Positions 1-12,874 of a stretch of DNA of 64,000 bases are shown in pieces. The notes under the pieces are model-generated. The model ran no database searches and was not told where the DNA came from. It saw nothing but the letters and a program-made list of their open reading frames with translations. The first letter of the stretch is position 1. Each line of letters begins with the position of its first letter. The position numbers were made by a program, and so were the translations under genes. This stretch comes from Pseudogymnoascus verrucosus (taxonomy: Eukaryota): assembly GCA_001662655.1 (NCBI GenBank), contig KV460208.1; one strand, 5' to 3'.

Positions 1-1718
1 TTGGAGTAGAATAGAGTCGGGTATAGCAGAGTAGAGCAGGTGCAGAGGGAACGCGATTAATGAAGAACGGGGCTTGTGATTAGTGGGAATGATATGCAGC
101 CAGCGTAGTAACTGCTGAGGTAATGATATACAGCAAGAGGCGGGCGGGCGACGGCAGTAAATATGAATTAAGCATTAAAAGCAGGGGAGGAGGAGCGAGG
201 ATGAGGGAAGAACGAGGCTGTATGTAGGAAGACACTCTTCTCTCTACTTTCAGAGTATGATTTGATTTGATTTGATTTGATGATTTGAGGAGGTTGCGCC
301 ACTTACACACGAGGCGGCTTTTGCTAATAACAAGAAGCTCTCTCACCACCACCCACAGTAACATAACAGTACATACAACAGTAGTGGAGAGTGAGATTTT
401 CGGGGATACAGCTCAACTCCGAAACTCCTGACGGACGGAGGACCCTTTGGTGGCTCGATCCTATAAACGCCAAGACTCTGATGTATGCATGGAACGCGTA
501 GTAGCGACCGAAGAGTAATCGGGTCACCGGGGGGTGTGCATGGAAGGAAAGACAAGTGGCAGACTATGCGCACACCCCCGAAAGGTCCGACGAATGGTTC
601 CAAGAGGATTTCGAGAGAATTTCAAGTTATTTCAAGAGAACCTGTATGTGCTGACTCCCGTGACCCTGCGTATATTCTGGGGAGTAGATGCTGACTCTCG
701 TGACCGGATGCCTCTTCCGCGGAGTAGTTTCGACCGACGTGACTAAGCCGTAGCATCAATGAAGCATACCGAGGAGGGGTGTCAGCACCAACCAGGCGTG
801 AGCGTAACGCTTTGTAAGTTTATGTAAATGTCGTCTCAAGCCACTTATACCGCTCTTGGTTAATGAAAATAGATGACAAATTGTGGCGCTAATTCTGACA
901 ACCCACGTTGTGGATATCTGGGGAGAAACAATATCCGATGATCCCATGTGTCCCATACCCATAGCCGTATTTACTGCCCCTACCACTTTCTCTCGAAGTA
1001 TAGCAGTATGCCCATCCCCATCCGCATCCCCATCATCATCAAATCATAAGCCAACCAACAATCCCGAAGTACGGCCATACTCCCCTCCCTCCTAAGTGGC
1101 CAGCACCCACTTCCTTCCTTCTCTTCCCTGAAATGTGTGCTTCCATATATCCATATCCAGTCCGCAGGCCCGCTCGTACACCGCACTATGGGCGTAAAGT
1201 ACAGTAGGGCTGCGTCGGGGGGCTGATGATTAATCCAAACTGCGAGCTAGGTGTGGGTACTTGTGTACGTACGTGCATGGTATGGCGCCGGAGGATGGTA
1301 GCTCTTCATCCGCGGGATACAGAGAGAGGTCAGCATTGCGAGCTCTCGGGGGGTTATGCGGAGGGAGGTGACATGGTTTGCGCTTACTTCTGTACTTTGT
1401 GTAAGCCGTTTGGGCGTCTGACACGACGACCCGAACCCAAGTTGGGCCCAATGAATTTCCAGGTAGGTAGAGAGAAAGAAAGAAAGAAAGAGAGAGGTGA
1501 GAGGCTAATTGCGGTCTCATGGGGGAGCGAAATTTGTTCACGATGTGATGTGCCATCGTCTCTTGGCCTGCAATAGCAATAATAGTTGGGTTGGGGTATA
1601 ATAGAATTGATTAAGCCATCCAGCCTGTCTTTCATGTGCTTTCCATCCCCCGTCTCCGGTCTACTCGAAACAATCTCTCCGCTCTGCACCTTGTACTATA
1701 ACACATAAAAATCTTCAT

Positions 1719-4055
1719 CTAGCTATACCTCCGACCCCTCTTCGACGGCGGTGGTGACGGCGACCTCGAATCCCTGTATTCGCGCCGTCTCTTTGGCGGA
1801 GGCGACGCGGACCTCGGTCCTCGTCTACGCGCTAGGCTCAGCGAACGCTCTGCTGAGGGAGACAACGACCGCGAGTCTGAGCGCGAGCGGCTAATGCTCC
1901 TTCCCCTCTTTGCAGCTCCAGAACGCCTGCGGGGACTAGCAGAGCGCGAACGACCGCGCGAAACTGGGCGGGCTGCTCCTGCTCCTCGGACTGGGGAGCG
2001 AGAGACCGATCGGGAGCGCGAGCGAGAGTAGGAGCGGCGGCGCGACCGGGAACGCGAGTGTGGGCGTGAGTATGACCGGCCACGCGAGCGGGAACGGGAT
2101 CTGGAGCGAGAGCTGGAGTAGGATCGGGAACGTGAGCGTGAGCGCGAGCGCGCGCGAACGAGTGGCCGAGACCGAGAGCCCGACCGGGACCGTGATCGAG
2201 AGCGTGAATACGAGGAGCCCGTATAAGATGAGTAGCTCGATACGGAGCTGCCGTCTGATTCCGCCGCTGCGGCGGGGAGGGCAGGCAGCGCTGGCTTGGG
2301 CATGTTCTGTAGGTACTCGCGCATGTCCTCCGTAACTGCTCCCATGCCGATGCTGGTGAAGTAGTTGATGGAGAACCTCGTGTTGCGCGGGTTGTCGCGG
2401 GGGAATAAGCCTGTGAAGTTGGCTTGGTATGCGTCGTCCTTCAGACGTGCCTGGAGTTTCTTCATGCCCATGGCCTCCGCGAGGTCTTGGAACAGGATCT
2501 TGATGAAGATACGGCTACTTGACGTAGTCTCTTCCTCGTTCAAGTGGATAACGGTAAGGACATGCCAGCCAAGCGCGTCTGAACTGAGAAGGTGGCCGAA
2601 GAAACGGGCAATGTTCCTCAGTCGGTTGGTCTCATAGCGATGGATCGTATCGTAATACTTGGTAAACGACTGCTCGAAGAGATCGGTCCAGAGGCGATTG
2701 ATTTTAGCAAATCGCTCGCCAATCAGACCGTAGAACTTTTGATATGTGCGTTCTTGCGAACAACACTCAACGATCATAGAGGGAAGCTCTGGTTCCTGCC
2801 CAGGAGGTAATGAGACCTTCATCAGTTTGTGACAGCACTCCTCCGGGTCGATACTGGACATGATCGTCAGGTATATCGTCCTCCTCAAATTCACAAGATC
2901 AGCATTGCTAGCATCCTTGATTTCCAAGGCCTTCTCTTCTTGTTTTTCTTCATCATCTTCGCTTTCGTCACTCTCGTCCTCGTCTTCGTCCTCCTCGTCA
3001 CTGCCTTCCCCAAGAATTTCCGCCTTAAGACGCTGGTACGCCTCCTCATGCTCTTCCCACTCTGGATCAAACTTGAAAATGTTCAAGCCATCCTGGACGT
3101 CGAGCTCATCATCCAAGCTCGTACGGTGTGTAATTTGATCTTCCTCCTCCACTAAATCCAGTTCCTCCTTGATAGCCTGATTATCCTTGTATTTGTCTTT
3201 CCGGACTTGAAACAACACCTCGATCATATATTGGACTCGCTTGTCGATATCTGCCTCGTGGAGAATGCTTCGGAACTGGTCGAAAACAGCCAATGCAATG
3301 GGACCGCTCATCTCTTCCAAATGCTGGCCTACCTCGCGAGTTAGGCCAACGGCGATTTCAACGCTGTCATCCGTAGGTTTGTGTAGTAATAAGAGTAGTA
3401 TCTGGGCGGCGATCATTTCGTGCGCCACCTGTTGGTTGCAGAGATGTGCGATGAAGGTGGAAGAAGAGAGGCAGACAGCCTTGTCGTTTCGTTTGAAAGC
3501 TTTCCTGAATTGTATAATAAGTCTTGTAAGGAGCAGCTCGCCTACTTGCGGCAGCTTCGTGTTCACGATAGCTGCCATAGCTGCATATATAGGAGTAAAT
3601 GGCAAACTGGCAGCCTGCGCCTTCATAATGCTTCGGCAGAACAATCCACGCCCTCTCACAAGGTTCTCGCCGAAGAGTTCAGGCACAATGAACTTGATAT
3701 TCGAGACGTTGACCTTGTTGATGAGACCATTAATAGATTTTTTGAGGGCCTCCCAGGCCATGCGCTGGTATTCCTTGCTCGACTTGTCGGTAATTTGCGA
3801 CTGCAGGGCCCTTAAACGCGCAGGAGGGATGTATGTGCCTCCGGACCTCACATTCAATAGCTTTTCATATTCTGCCTTCGCAGCTGCCTGCTTTTCCTCT
3901 TCGGTCCTCACGGTTGTGGCTGGGCGGCCTCGAGAAGCCAATGGTTTGTCGTGTGATCGGTTGTGATGATCGCTGCGACGCGGCGACGTAGGTACTCTGT
4001 TTGGGGATCTTTCATCCGAGTGCCGTTTGGGCGAGGTAGGCGCTGGATCCTCCAT
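1719..4055 (-). CDS. CWC22: Pre-mRNA splicing factor Cwc22 (MIF4G + MA3 domains, RS-rich C-terminus)
   Basis: 778-aa intronless ORF containing [41 protein letters not shown] and [11 protein letters not shown], plus a long RS tail. Confidence 0.97.
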   Translation of the reverse strand: MEDPAPTSPKRHSDERSPNRVPTSPRRSDHHNRSHDKPLASRGRPATTVRTEEEKQAAAKAEYEKLLNVRSGGTYIPPARLRALQSQITDKSSKEYQRMAWEALKKSINGLINKVNVSNIKFIVPELFGENLVRGRGLFCRSIMKAQAASLPFTPIYAAMAAIVNTKLPQVGELLLTRLIIQFRKAFKRNDKAVCLSSSTFIAHLCNQQVAHEMIAAQILLLLLHKPTDDSVEIAVGLTREVGQHLEEMSGPIALAVFDQFRSILHEADIDKRVQYMIEVLFQVRKDKYKDNQAIKEELDLVEEEDQITHRTSLDDELDVQDGLNIFKFDPEWEEHEEAYQRLKAEILGEGSDEEDEDEDESDESEDDEEKQEEKALEIKDASNADLVNLRRTIYLTIMSSIDPEECCHKLMKVSLPPGQEPELPSMIVECCSQERTYQKFYGLIGERFAKINRLWTDLFEQSFTKYYDTIHRYETNRLRNIARFFGHLLSSDALGWHVLTVIHLNEEETTSSSRIFIKILFQDLAEAMGMKKLQARLKDDAYQANFTGLFPRDNPRNTRFSINYFTSIGMGAVTEDMREYLQNMPKPALPALPAAAAESDGSSVSSYSSYTGSSYSRSRSRSRSGSRSRPLVRARSRSRSRSRSYSSSRSRSRSRSRGRSYSRPHSRSRSRRRSYSRSRSRSVSRSPVRGAGAARPVSRGRSRSASPRRRSGAAKRGRSISRSRSDSRSLSPSAERSLSLARRRGPRSASPPPKRRREYRDSRSPSPPPSKRGRRYS

Positions 4056-4596
4056 AGTGAACTTGGCCTCGAAGCTGCTCTTGAAGGCTTTTCAAGGCGC
4101 ACCTAAATCGATGGTCGATCGGCGATAAGGTGAGGAGGCGAATGGCAAGACTGTCGCGCGGCGCGACGGCCTCTGCGGAGTATCGCTTGACCACGAGTTC
4201 TAATCCGTTGCACGTGTTCGTACGAGGTCCTCGTCGATGGAGACACTATTACAGGCACTCCAGTTTAATTGTTGTCGTTCATTTGCAGTTGTGTTCTGTG
4301 CTTGTGTTCCAAATTATTATTTCGAGAGATGCAAGATCCAGCGGCAGCCTTACCTTTTGGGCTAGACCCCAATAGAGACAAGCTTAATGACAGGCAGTGT
4401 AGCGCGTCACGACCAGAACCCATGTAAATCGAGTAGGGAGCTTCGAAAACCGAGGGATCTGGACATTATTGAACTGCACTCAAGCAGCCAAAAGTAATTC
4501 AACCTCGAGTCGCAACATCGCCCTTTGCCATAAGACATTGAAGCGCTTCAGTTTGACTTCATTCTGTTGGCACTAATATTCTATTCTATTGCGACA

Positions 4597-4969
4597 ATGG
4601 TTGGTACACCGAGACTCCCATCAAGTCCCTACTAACGTCTACTCCCTCAGCTTGACAAACTTGTCGGTCTCGCAATGCTCTTGGTAGCTTCTGCTGTGTT
4701 CCTCTACTATTCTATCTGGACGCTTCTTATGGTAAGTCGATGGCAAGATCAGGGCTCGAGGCACATCAGCTAACCTCTGGCAGCCATTCGTCGACCCCGA
4801 TCAACCAATCCAACAGCTATTCCCACCACGAGTATGGGCCATTCGCATACCTGTTATCATCATTTTACTTGGATCAGCTCTTGTAGGATCATTCCTGAGC
4901 ATTGTCATGATCCGAAGCAACAGAAAGAAGGCAGCAAAGGCGAAGCTGCCATCGAAGAAGAAGGCGTAA
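4597..4969 (+). CDS. DPM2: Dolichol-phosphate mannose synthase regulatory subunit (89 aa, 3 exons)
   Basis: Absent from the ORF track. Exons 4597-4599 (ATG), 4651-4731 and 4784-4969, with GT..CTAAC..CAG introns. Translation: MLDKLVGLAMLLVASAVFLYYSIWTLLM|PFVDPDQPIQQLFPPRVWAIRIPVIIILLGSALVGSFLSIVMIRSNRKKAAKAK... Confidence 0.93.
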
Positions 4970-5825
4970 ATCGTCGCGCCTGAGGCTACGTATCGACAGT
5001 TATTGTACTACTACGACTGCACTGTTACAAAATATCTTGCTCTGGAGGATAGAAAGCGGCGGCGGAGGAGACAAGGAAGAGCGCAGGATCCCTCAAACAC
5101 TGATAGTGGTTGAGGCGCAACGGAGGAAGTGGTGTTGCGCAAATCATGCTCTCAAAGGCGCACCAGGTTGCTTGTGATGGACAACGCTGGTTCAGGGATA
5201 AAATTACAATATCTAATGAATATGTTTGATTTCCAACTCATTTTGGCTCTACCCTATATTCTAATATAACAGTAGATAATGTATTTGTAAACAAGTCCAA
5301 ACACGAACAGCACGGTACTTACAGTACTTGTAAAGTGAAATGTGGCCACCGAGTTACTCACATGAGCAGTTGTGCCTGACATTGTCCGGAATGGATAAAT
5401 GCCGCTAATTGGTGACTTACGGCAGGCCGCGCGACTGTACGGGGAGGGGTCCAGGCGGGCGCCGCTGTCGCCAAATGCCCCGCCCCTCCTTGTGGTCGCA
5501 GCTTATCATCCACAGTCAGGCAAGTCACAAAGGGCACTCTGCTCTTCAAACCACAACACTTACAAACGATATCTAGAAGAATATAAAGTCGCCGGTCGCA
5601 TTCAGGAGAAATACTACTGCTCGGAATACATCACTCACAGTCATTTGAACTTCACCAACGCTCTAAAACCAACGACGCTGGTAAGCCGGGATCAGTGCCA
5701 CCTTGGCAGACCCAGCCGCCCATCAGCTTGGACAGCATCGTACGCCCAACTTCATCGCGTTTCAACTCTTCCTGGCGCGGCTGTAGCCAGGTTTTACCTA
5801 TATACAGCTTCTATCAAGTCTTTGA

Positions 5826-8800
5826 ATGACCCGTTCGACTGAGAAAGACAACAAACCTGCATCTGTTATCGCATCGCTGGCTCGGAAACAGTCACCCCAG
5901 TCGTCATCTCCCTCAGCCACCATTCCGACCAAGAAGGAAAGGAGAAATGCGGCGGCGAAGGATAACAGTAGTGGAGGCGCTACGGCAATAAATATTGCAT
6001 CTAAAGTACTGTAAGTAAAGACATGTGCCAGACCGCCGTTGAAGGCAGCGCCCCATGAAACAAGGCCATACTGATCGTATAACAGAGACGACAATAAGCC
6101 AGCAACTCCTTCGCCGCCGACATTTACACCACCGGTCTCTGACGTTAAGCCGGTTACTACTGCGACAAATACAAATAGGCCAGGAATAACGTCGCCGTTG
6201 CTGGACGCTCTACCATCCCCTGACTTTGGCCAGTCTATGGGACGGAGCACCACGGAATGGGCCAGAAACATCCCATCGTTCTCGAGCTCTCCAGGTAATC
6301 TCATCAACCCCAGCGACACTCCGCCGACGGTTCCATCGTCTTATGATGACAAAAATACACTTGCTGAATGGAATCAACGAGAGCGGAAAGGCGTAAATGG
6401 CCATAACCCATCCGCGTCCCCACCCAGCTATCGCCGAAGGCCAGTAAGCGTACAGATCGATGGGCACAATCCATTTGAGGACAATATGTCACAAAGAGGA
6501 TCCAGCATGCATCGCAGAAATTCTACCTATTCTCAACAGTCACAACGCTTTGGCCCCCATCCTCCGCTTCCCCACCAGGCGCAGCCGCATTTCTATGGTG
6601 CGCCAGACATCAACTTAGGATTACCGATTCGCCGCATGGGCTTAAAGCCAGGCTCGCAAGGCTACTTCTTTGGTTTGGACAGCATTAATACATCCAGAAC
6701 TGGCTCAAAGCACACTGAGAGTGTGGTCATATCTGGGTTTGAAGGGGGCCTGAGCGTTCATGCAATTTCGAAGTCGGGAATCACCGAGATATCGACTCTC
6801 GACGGCCTACGCGGCGGTGTCTATAGCGCGAAGATTTTGCCGTGGACAGTGAAAGGCGAACTCTCGGGCGGCTTTCCTTTGGTCGCTGCTGTGGTACATG
6901 GACCTGCATTCTATGAGAATGGTGGGGAACAGGGTTCACTAAATCTTGGAGCCACAGAACCGCCGGCAGAACAGACATCTGGCAGTATTGGCAATTCATC
7001 AAGAGGTCATCGTATGCAAGGCGGCTCGACTAGACACTATCAAACAACAGTGGAAGTTTGGTCGCTGAGCACGAAGAGATACGTGGGAACACTTCTCTCT
7101 CTTCCAGAGACGATTCTCCCAATACCGATCACAAGCCCGCATTTCGTCCCTCCAGCACCAGCAGGTGCTTTGACGGTAACTGCAGATGCAGGAAATATTG
7201 TGGTTTCATCAGGAATCACTGGCGAGCTATGGGTTTTTCGTCAAATAAAGATCGACAACGATGCGTCAATGAGCTTTCGATGTCTAGGCAAGTTCTGGAC
7301 TACAATTCAACAACCAGCCCCTTATGAGCCATCAGCCCAGCCTGATTTCGGGGATGGTGACGGCCAGTTCAATGAAGCCAGGCTGAATAAATTGCGTCCA
7401 AAGTCGACGTTATTTTCACTACGAGGGCGATGGCTGGCTTACAGCCCTTCTAGTGCAATGAACCAAGTGTCGCTAAGAGCGCGTGTTGACATCTCGAAGT
7501 CGAACACTAGAATACCTGGACTGAACACTTTCGCACCGCCACAAATTCCCACGGCTAACTGTGCTGTTGACACGCCCCAGGGGGAAGAGTTCTGGGGCCG
7601 TTTGCGACGCCAGGCAGCTCAGGAGGCTATCAAGGGTGCAAAGTGGGTTGGGGACCAAGGATCAAGGGTATGGGCGAATTATTGGAATAAACCTACCAAT
7701 AATGTAAACGGAAACTGGCAGTCATCGGGCCAGAAGGAGCCTCTTCCTGACTTTCCACCCACGCATGGAGCCGCCTTGCAATACGATACGTCACAGTCCG
7801 ACCCGGTTCTTATAACAATTGTCGATCTTGACAAGCTTGCAACGCTTCGGAATACGACATCTGCGACTATGGCCACGTTCAAAGTGCCTCTTGGCTGCAG
7901 TTATATGTCATTCTCTCCTACAGGTCTAGCCTTGTTTACCGCAAGCAACAAGGGGGATGTTCAATTTATCTGGGACCTGATGCGGATACAGCATACGAAG
8001 TCTTCAGCTTTGCAACCGCAGGCTCCTGGGCCTTCGCAGGGCATACATGTTCGGCAGATTGCTTCGTTTACTCGCCTTACAGTTGCGAGAATTGTCGATG
8101 TGATATGGACCATGCCACTTGGTGAAACGATTGCCATGGTCACAGAGCGGAACACGGTACATTTCCTCGATGTGCCACACAATGCCTTTATTTGGCCACC
8201 TCTCCGCCAACGGGCGAAAACGTCGTCGTCGGTGTACCCCTCAAATATCAGAGAGGCTTCTCCTTCGGCATCTGCAATGGCAAGTAACGTGGCTAATGCA
8301 GCTTGGAACCTCACTCAGCCGTTCTTAGCACGTCCACGCGGTGCAAGTGGCAGCTTTGGCCCTATTCCAAACCGAACAGGTGCCATTACTGCGAGCCTCA
8401 CTGCAATTGCTGGCCAAGGTGGCAAGGCAATCGCTTCGGGGATAAGCAAATCGTTCGGTGCAGCGACTGGCACCATTCAACAATTCAGAAGAGCTGGCGA
8501 CAACAAATTGCATCTTCCACAGACAGCATCAATTTGCTCGGTCGGCTGTGTGAAGTGGCTAGGCGGTCGCAGCAAACAGACATTTGCTGCACTTGTGGAT
8601 GGCCATGTCAAGATGTATACGATTAAACATGTTAGGTCCAAGAGCAAGCCTGGTGTGTACCGTATCCACATCGGAACTGCTCCGGCCGATATCAGGATCC
8701 CATCGATCCCGGATAATAAGATAGCTCCGCTGATAAAGCGAAAGCTCGATCTGGCGGACGAAGAGGACCTCGAGGAAAGAGATGCGGGGGAGAACCGCAT

Positions 8801-9311
8801 ACTTCTCTCACGTCCTACGTCTCTACCTGCAGGACGCCCCATTTTAGGAACCGAGTCCTCCATTCCTCACGCTGAAATCGAGTCAAATGCACCTTATCAG
8901 CCATTCCACACAGATCCTCGAGTTACGCTATTTGCATACTCCGAGGTTTCACACCAGCTTCTATCTCCGACAACTTCGGCATTGTTTTCTCCTCCGCTTT
9001 CTACGGAGAAGGCTAACCGCCCCTCTAGTCAGCCATGGGTGTTTGGTGGCCCTATACATGCTGCCAATCTTCACGTTGGTAAAGAACACTCTGATGAGGA
9101 CGCTCTCATGTCGTCCGAGTATCACCGCGCTTTACCAGCTGAATCCATGGAGCGAGTCACCACGAGAATCCCAGATGATTTATCGGAGCCCATCGTCAGC
9201 ACCACCCGCCGGCGGAAGTCCTCACGAACCACTTCGGATCTACCAGATGATGAAGAGGGTTTCTTTGAAGATGATTGTACTGTGATTGATTTCGCGAGTA
9301 ACAGAGTCTAA
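5826..9311 (+). CDS. BCAS3-like WD40/beta-propeller protein (PROPPIN/Atg18-related)
   Basis: Exon 5826-6010 and intron 6011-6085 (GTAAGT..CTGAT..CAG) join in frame with the 1037-aa ORF. Motifs SFSPTGLALFTAS, FTRLTVARIVDV, RNTVHF and HAEIES..PFHTD resemble the BCAS3 family. Confidence 0.72.
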
Positions 9312-9973
9312 ATGCTCAGAAAATCCTCACAAAAAAAACTTATGCATCTACGTCTTTATTTATTACTATCAGCATTGGTCGGTCGTTTGGTCATTAGAGA
9401 GCATCGGTTGTTCATCGAAATATTTTACTGCTCCAGAGCAACAATTATGCCCCTCAACTGGGCGATACATTTTTGGGGGTTGCTTTACATTCGTTATTGG
9501 TGGCTATGGAGTTGGACTGCGTGCGTTCGTACATATGGCTGCCTGCGTCTGTTCGGTGATTTGGATTGGATTGGGGAATTTTTTGAGATACCTAGGCTAG
9601 CTGCACGTCAGCCCTCACATTATAAAGTGAAATTGATCGTATTTATATCAGTCATCGCGTTTTGATACAGTTGCAATAGTGAAATGTATATATTATTAAA
9701 CCAGGAACTGGTTCGCTTTCTTTATAGAAGGCTCCACAAGCCATATAAGCTACAGAGACCTTGAGTCTATCCACCCCCCAGTATCACATTAATACGCCGT
9801 CCAGATTCTAATCGTACCATCTAAGCCATACTCCAGAACCCCATAAGCCAGATCTATCCCATCGCCACCAATTAACAGACTCCATTGTTGTACATCCCAG
9901 GGTATCGTGAAGGGAAAATATTTGAAAACACCCCCATGACAAAACACAGCATGCAGCACGCCACAATCACTGC

Positions 9974-10537
9974 TCACTTCCACCCCGCCAAACTGGCGTC
10001 GACGTCTCTAGCCATGCCCATGATAAGCTTCATATGCTTCTCGCGATCTGCCTTCTTCAGCGCCTCTCCAGCCTGCTCCAGGAGCTTCTGGGCAGCAAGC
10101 TGCTCTTCCGGGCCAAGCTCCGCCGCTTCACCACCATTCGCAACAGTCTCCAGCCCGGTCTTGACCTTCTTCGAAGCAGCACGTTCACGTGGCGTGCGCG
10201 GCAGGCGCGGACGGGCGAGTAGCTCCTCGATGCTCAGATTTTCGTCCTTGGAGGGGTCGTAAACACGCAACAGCGGATCATTGGGGTGTCCTTCATCGGA
10301 GCCCGGGGCGACGGTGGCGGCATCTCCGGCAGCGGCAGCGAGGGTTGTGAGCTTGGAGGAGACCTTGGCGGGGTTGAATGCTGTGCTGGAGACAGAATCG
10401 TTGTCGTCGTGCTCCGACTCGTGGCGGGACTGCGAGGGGTCGGGGGTGGTTGCTGTGGTGGTGGCGAGGGAGTCGTAGGCTGAGGCGCTGGAGGAGGAGG
10501 AGCTGTAGAGGCGCTTGAGCGCGGAGTTGTCGGACAT
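9974..10537 (-). CDS. Hypothetical protein, 187 aa, Ser-rich N-terminus
   Basis: ATG-initiated GC-rich ORF with coding-like codon usage and no recognised domain. Confidence 0.6.
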   Translation of the reverse strand: MSDNSALKRLYSSSSSSASAYDSLATTTATTPDPSQSRHESEHDDNDSVSSTAFNPAKVSSKLTTLAAAAGDAATVAPGSDEGHPNDPLLRVYDPSKDENLSIEELLARPRLPRTPRERAASKKVKTGLETVANGGEAAELGPEEQLAAQKLLEQAGEALKKADREKHMKLIMGMARDVDASLAGWK

Positions 10538-11050
10538 GACGGGTTGGCTGGAAGTGAATTAGAGGTTGTAATGTCAGGCCAGAGAGCGGTGCGTACTTTT
10601 TGAGGGAAGTGGCCCGAAAGAGTAGTGTGAATCCGACAAGGGAAATTTAATTTTTACGGGTTATGAAGTTTTTGTCACGGGATGAAGAATCTGTACAGAG
10701 GCTTTCTTGGGGAAAACTTGGTTGTTGTTTCGTGAAGAAAGGTAGAATTAAGAGATTCCGAAAATACACTTGACTTTAATGGCCTGATTGTGATTTAGAC
10801 TGACCGTCGCGCCAGTTTTGTAGACGTTGCCCTACTCGGCAATGCGTCGCGCGATCTGGCATCGTGACTTTCTTATCCACTAGCTAGCGGGTATGGAAAC
10901 GACGGTGTCTCCCCAAAATTAGAGGCTAAAGGCGGGTACAAAGCGACTTCCGCTCATTATCTCCAATCTCTTTTTCGCAATTGAAGGTGTGTATATTGGG
11001 ATCTACAGAACCCTGTCAATCATGACGTCCCAGATGTTCGATCCCATCCT

Positions 11051-12319
11051 CTAGTTTCTCTTGGACCCCTTCTGCCCCTTATCCCCTTTCTTACCGGCTA
11101 TCTTCGATCTTGTCGCAGGCTCCACACTAGGCTCCATACTAGGCTCATCAACCGGGTCTCCGGGCAGCGCATGTGACATCCTCGGGATGAATTTACTGAC
11201 TCGTTTCTGGTATTCCTTGTACTCTGGGTATTTTTGTGCTGTGAGTTTCTCCGTCAACCAAGTGGAGCCTTGGAATAAGCAAACCAGACCTAATGCGCCG
11301 AATCCAGTCCAGTTATATAGCTGGTCAGTGTTGAAGCACGACCATTGATATACGGCAACCCAGAAGGCTTGCTCGCACACAAAATTTGGGTGGCGACACA
11401 AAGAGAAGAGACCGGTGACAACGAAGCCTCGTTCTAAGTCCCCTTGTTCGTAACCTTGAGGAACTTTGGCGGTGGCCCTGTACTTCGCCTTTGCGGTTTG
11501 GAAAGCTTCACGGAATGTTAGTATCCACATGTGCCAATATGAAGTGAGAGTACAAACTCCATTGTTGGTGGTCAGCCAGGGCCTCGATCAGGACAAGACC
11601 ACCAAGGGCTCTGGGGAATAATGTATCGACCTTCGACATGGGCATTTCCATGTTCGATACTAGCAGCTGGATATAGGCTGGCGTCGAGATTAAAAGGAGG
11701 AGACTGAGTTGCATGCCAGCAATGAAGATGATGTTGAAGACGGGCCATATCGCTTTGCTATATGAATCGACCACCTTTTTAATAACCATCCTGAGCACGC
11801 TGTTAACATTTTGTAACCGTTACTCAAACCAGAATATGTCCTCACCATCTGTAATCCTCAGAGCCAATATTGTAACCTCCTCGTCGCCAGTAGTTGAAAG
11901 TTAACCGGCCCTATCCCCATATTAGCCGCTGAGCGAGACCCTTATTCTGGGTAACTTACACTCCAAACAACAACAGTGAATAGAAGCATATCTAGTCTCT
12001 CAGTATCCAGCCCAACCACGTGTCCATATGCTACAAAATGCCCGATGAATATCGCCGGCAAGATGCTCCAGAGCCGGTCGACCTGCGAATAGTTCCTGTT
12101 GACTTCCGACGCGATCCACACTATCGGGAATAGGAACAGCCCCAATGCCAATGCAGATATCATGGGGTTTGTCGCAACATAAAGCTGGAGGAGCTCATCG
12201 CGGCTCGAATATGAGTTGAGGAGCTGTTGAGGCAATTCGTACAGCTGAGGCAAGAAGGGAGCGACGGTCTGGGAGAAATCGGCGCACTCCTCGAACGTGG
12301 CCACAGTTGGCAATGCCAT
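11051..12319 (-). CDS. DUF1295 / steroid 5-alpha-reductase-like membrane protein (multi-exon)
   Basis: Exon fragments NYSQVDRLWSILP, LTFNYWRRGGY..GSEDYRW, ADHQQW, GLFSLCRHPNF and STWLTE..KYPEYKEYQKRV, separated by canonical introns. Confidence 0.88.
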
Positions 12320-12733
12320 AGTCGTGGCGACGAGCTGCATTTATCGTATATTTATACTCTGTAGCTGCATGTAGACTAAAAGATGTCGTTATGGTCGTAC
12401 AGGCAAGTGGGATCGTGTGCAGTTGGAGACGTGTCGTCATACGCGACATATATACGGAGCACCGCTTATTGAAGGCTTATCCACAACCCCCCTGCCGTAC
12501 CTGGCTCTGTGCCTGGACCACTTTATAAATTGCGCGTGCGTGTAGTAAATCACAGTGCAAGGAAGCGCCACTGTCATTTTTGTACAACTGCACTGCAGCG
12601 TTCCATACCATACAGGGGTCTGCTTGGTTGTGCCTGCTTATTCCTCTAGTTCCTGTTCCTGGTGGCAGGTCCCCCATATAAACCCTTTAAGCTTATTTAT
12701 TTACCCTGCCTGTCGAAATAAAATTTGGCGGAC

Positions 12734-12850
12734 ACGCGTTGGATGGTCATCCACACCTCTTTCCCCCGTATACCGACATGGAATCGAGACGGGAACCCTC
12801 AATATATAAGTTCCAGAGATTTCTTAATATTATAGTCTCTTAAGACGCGT
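12734..12850. promoter_or_regulatory. Two MCB (MluI cell-cycle box) ACGCGT sites upstream of TOP3
   Basis: ACGCGT at 12734-12739 and 12845-12850. Confidence 0.4.
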
Positions 12851-12874
12851 AGGAACATGGTATGACAGGAAATC

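Noticed and set aside
259..287. (GATTT)n and other microsatellites, including (AC)n at ~35660 and (GCGAT)n at ~52442
   Set aside because: Ordinary simple repeats.
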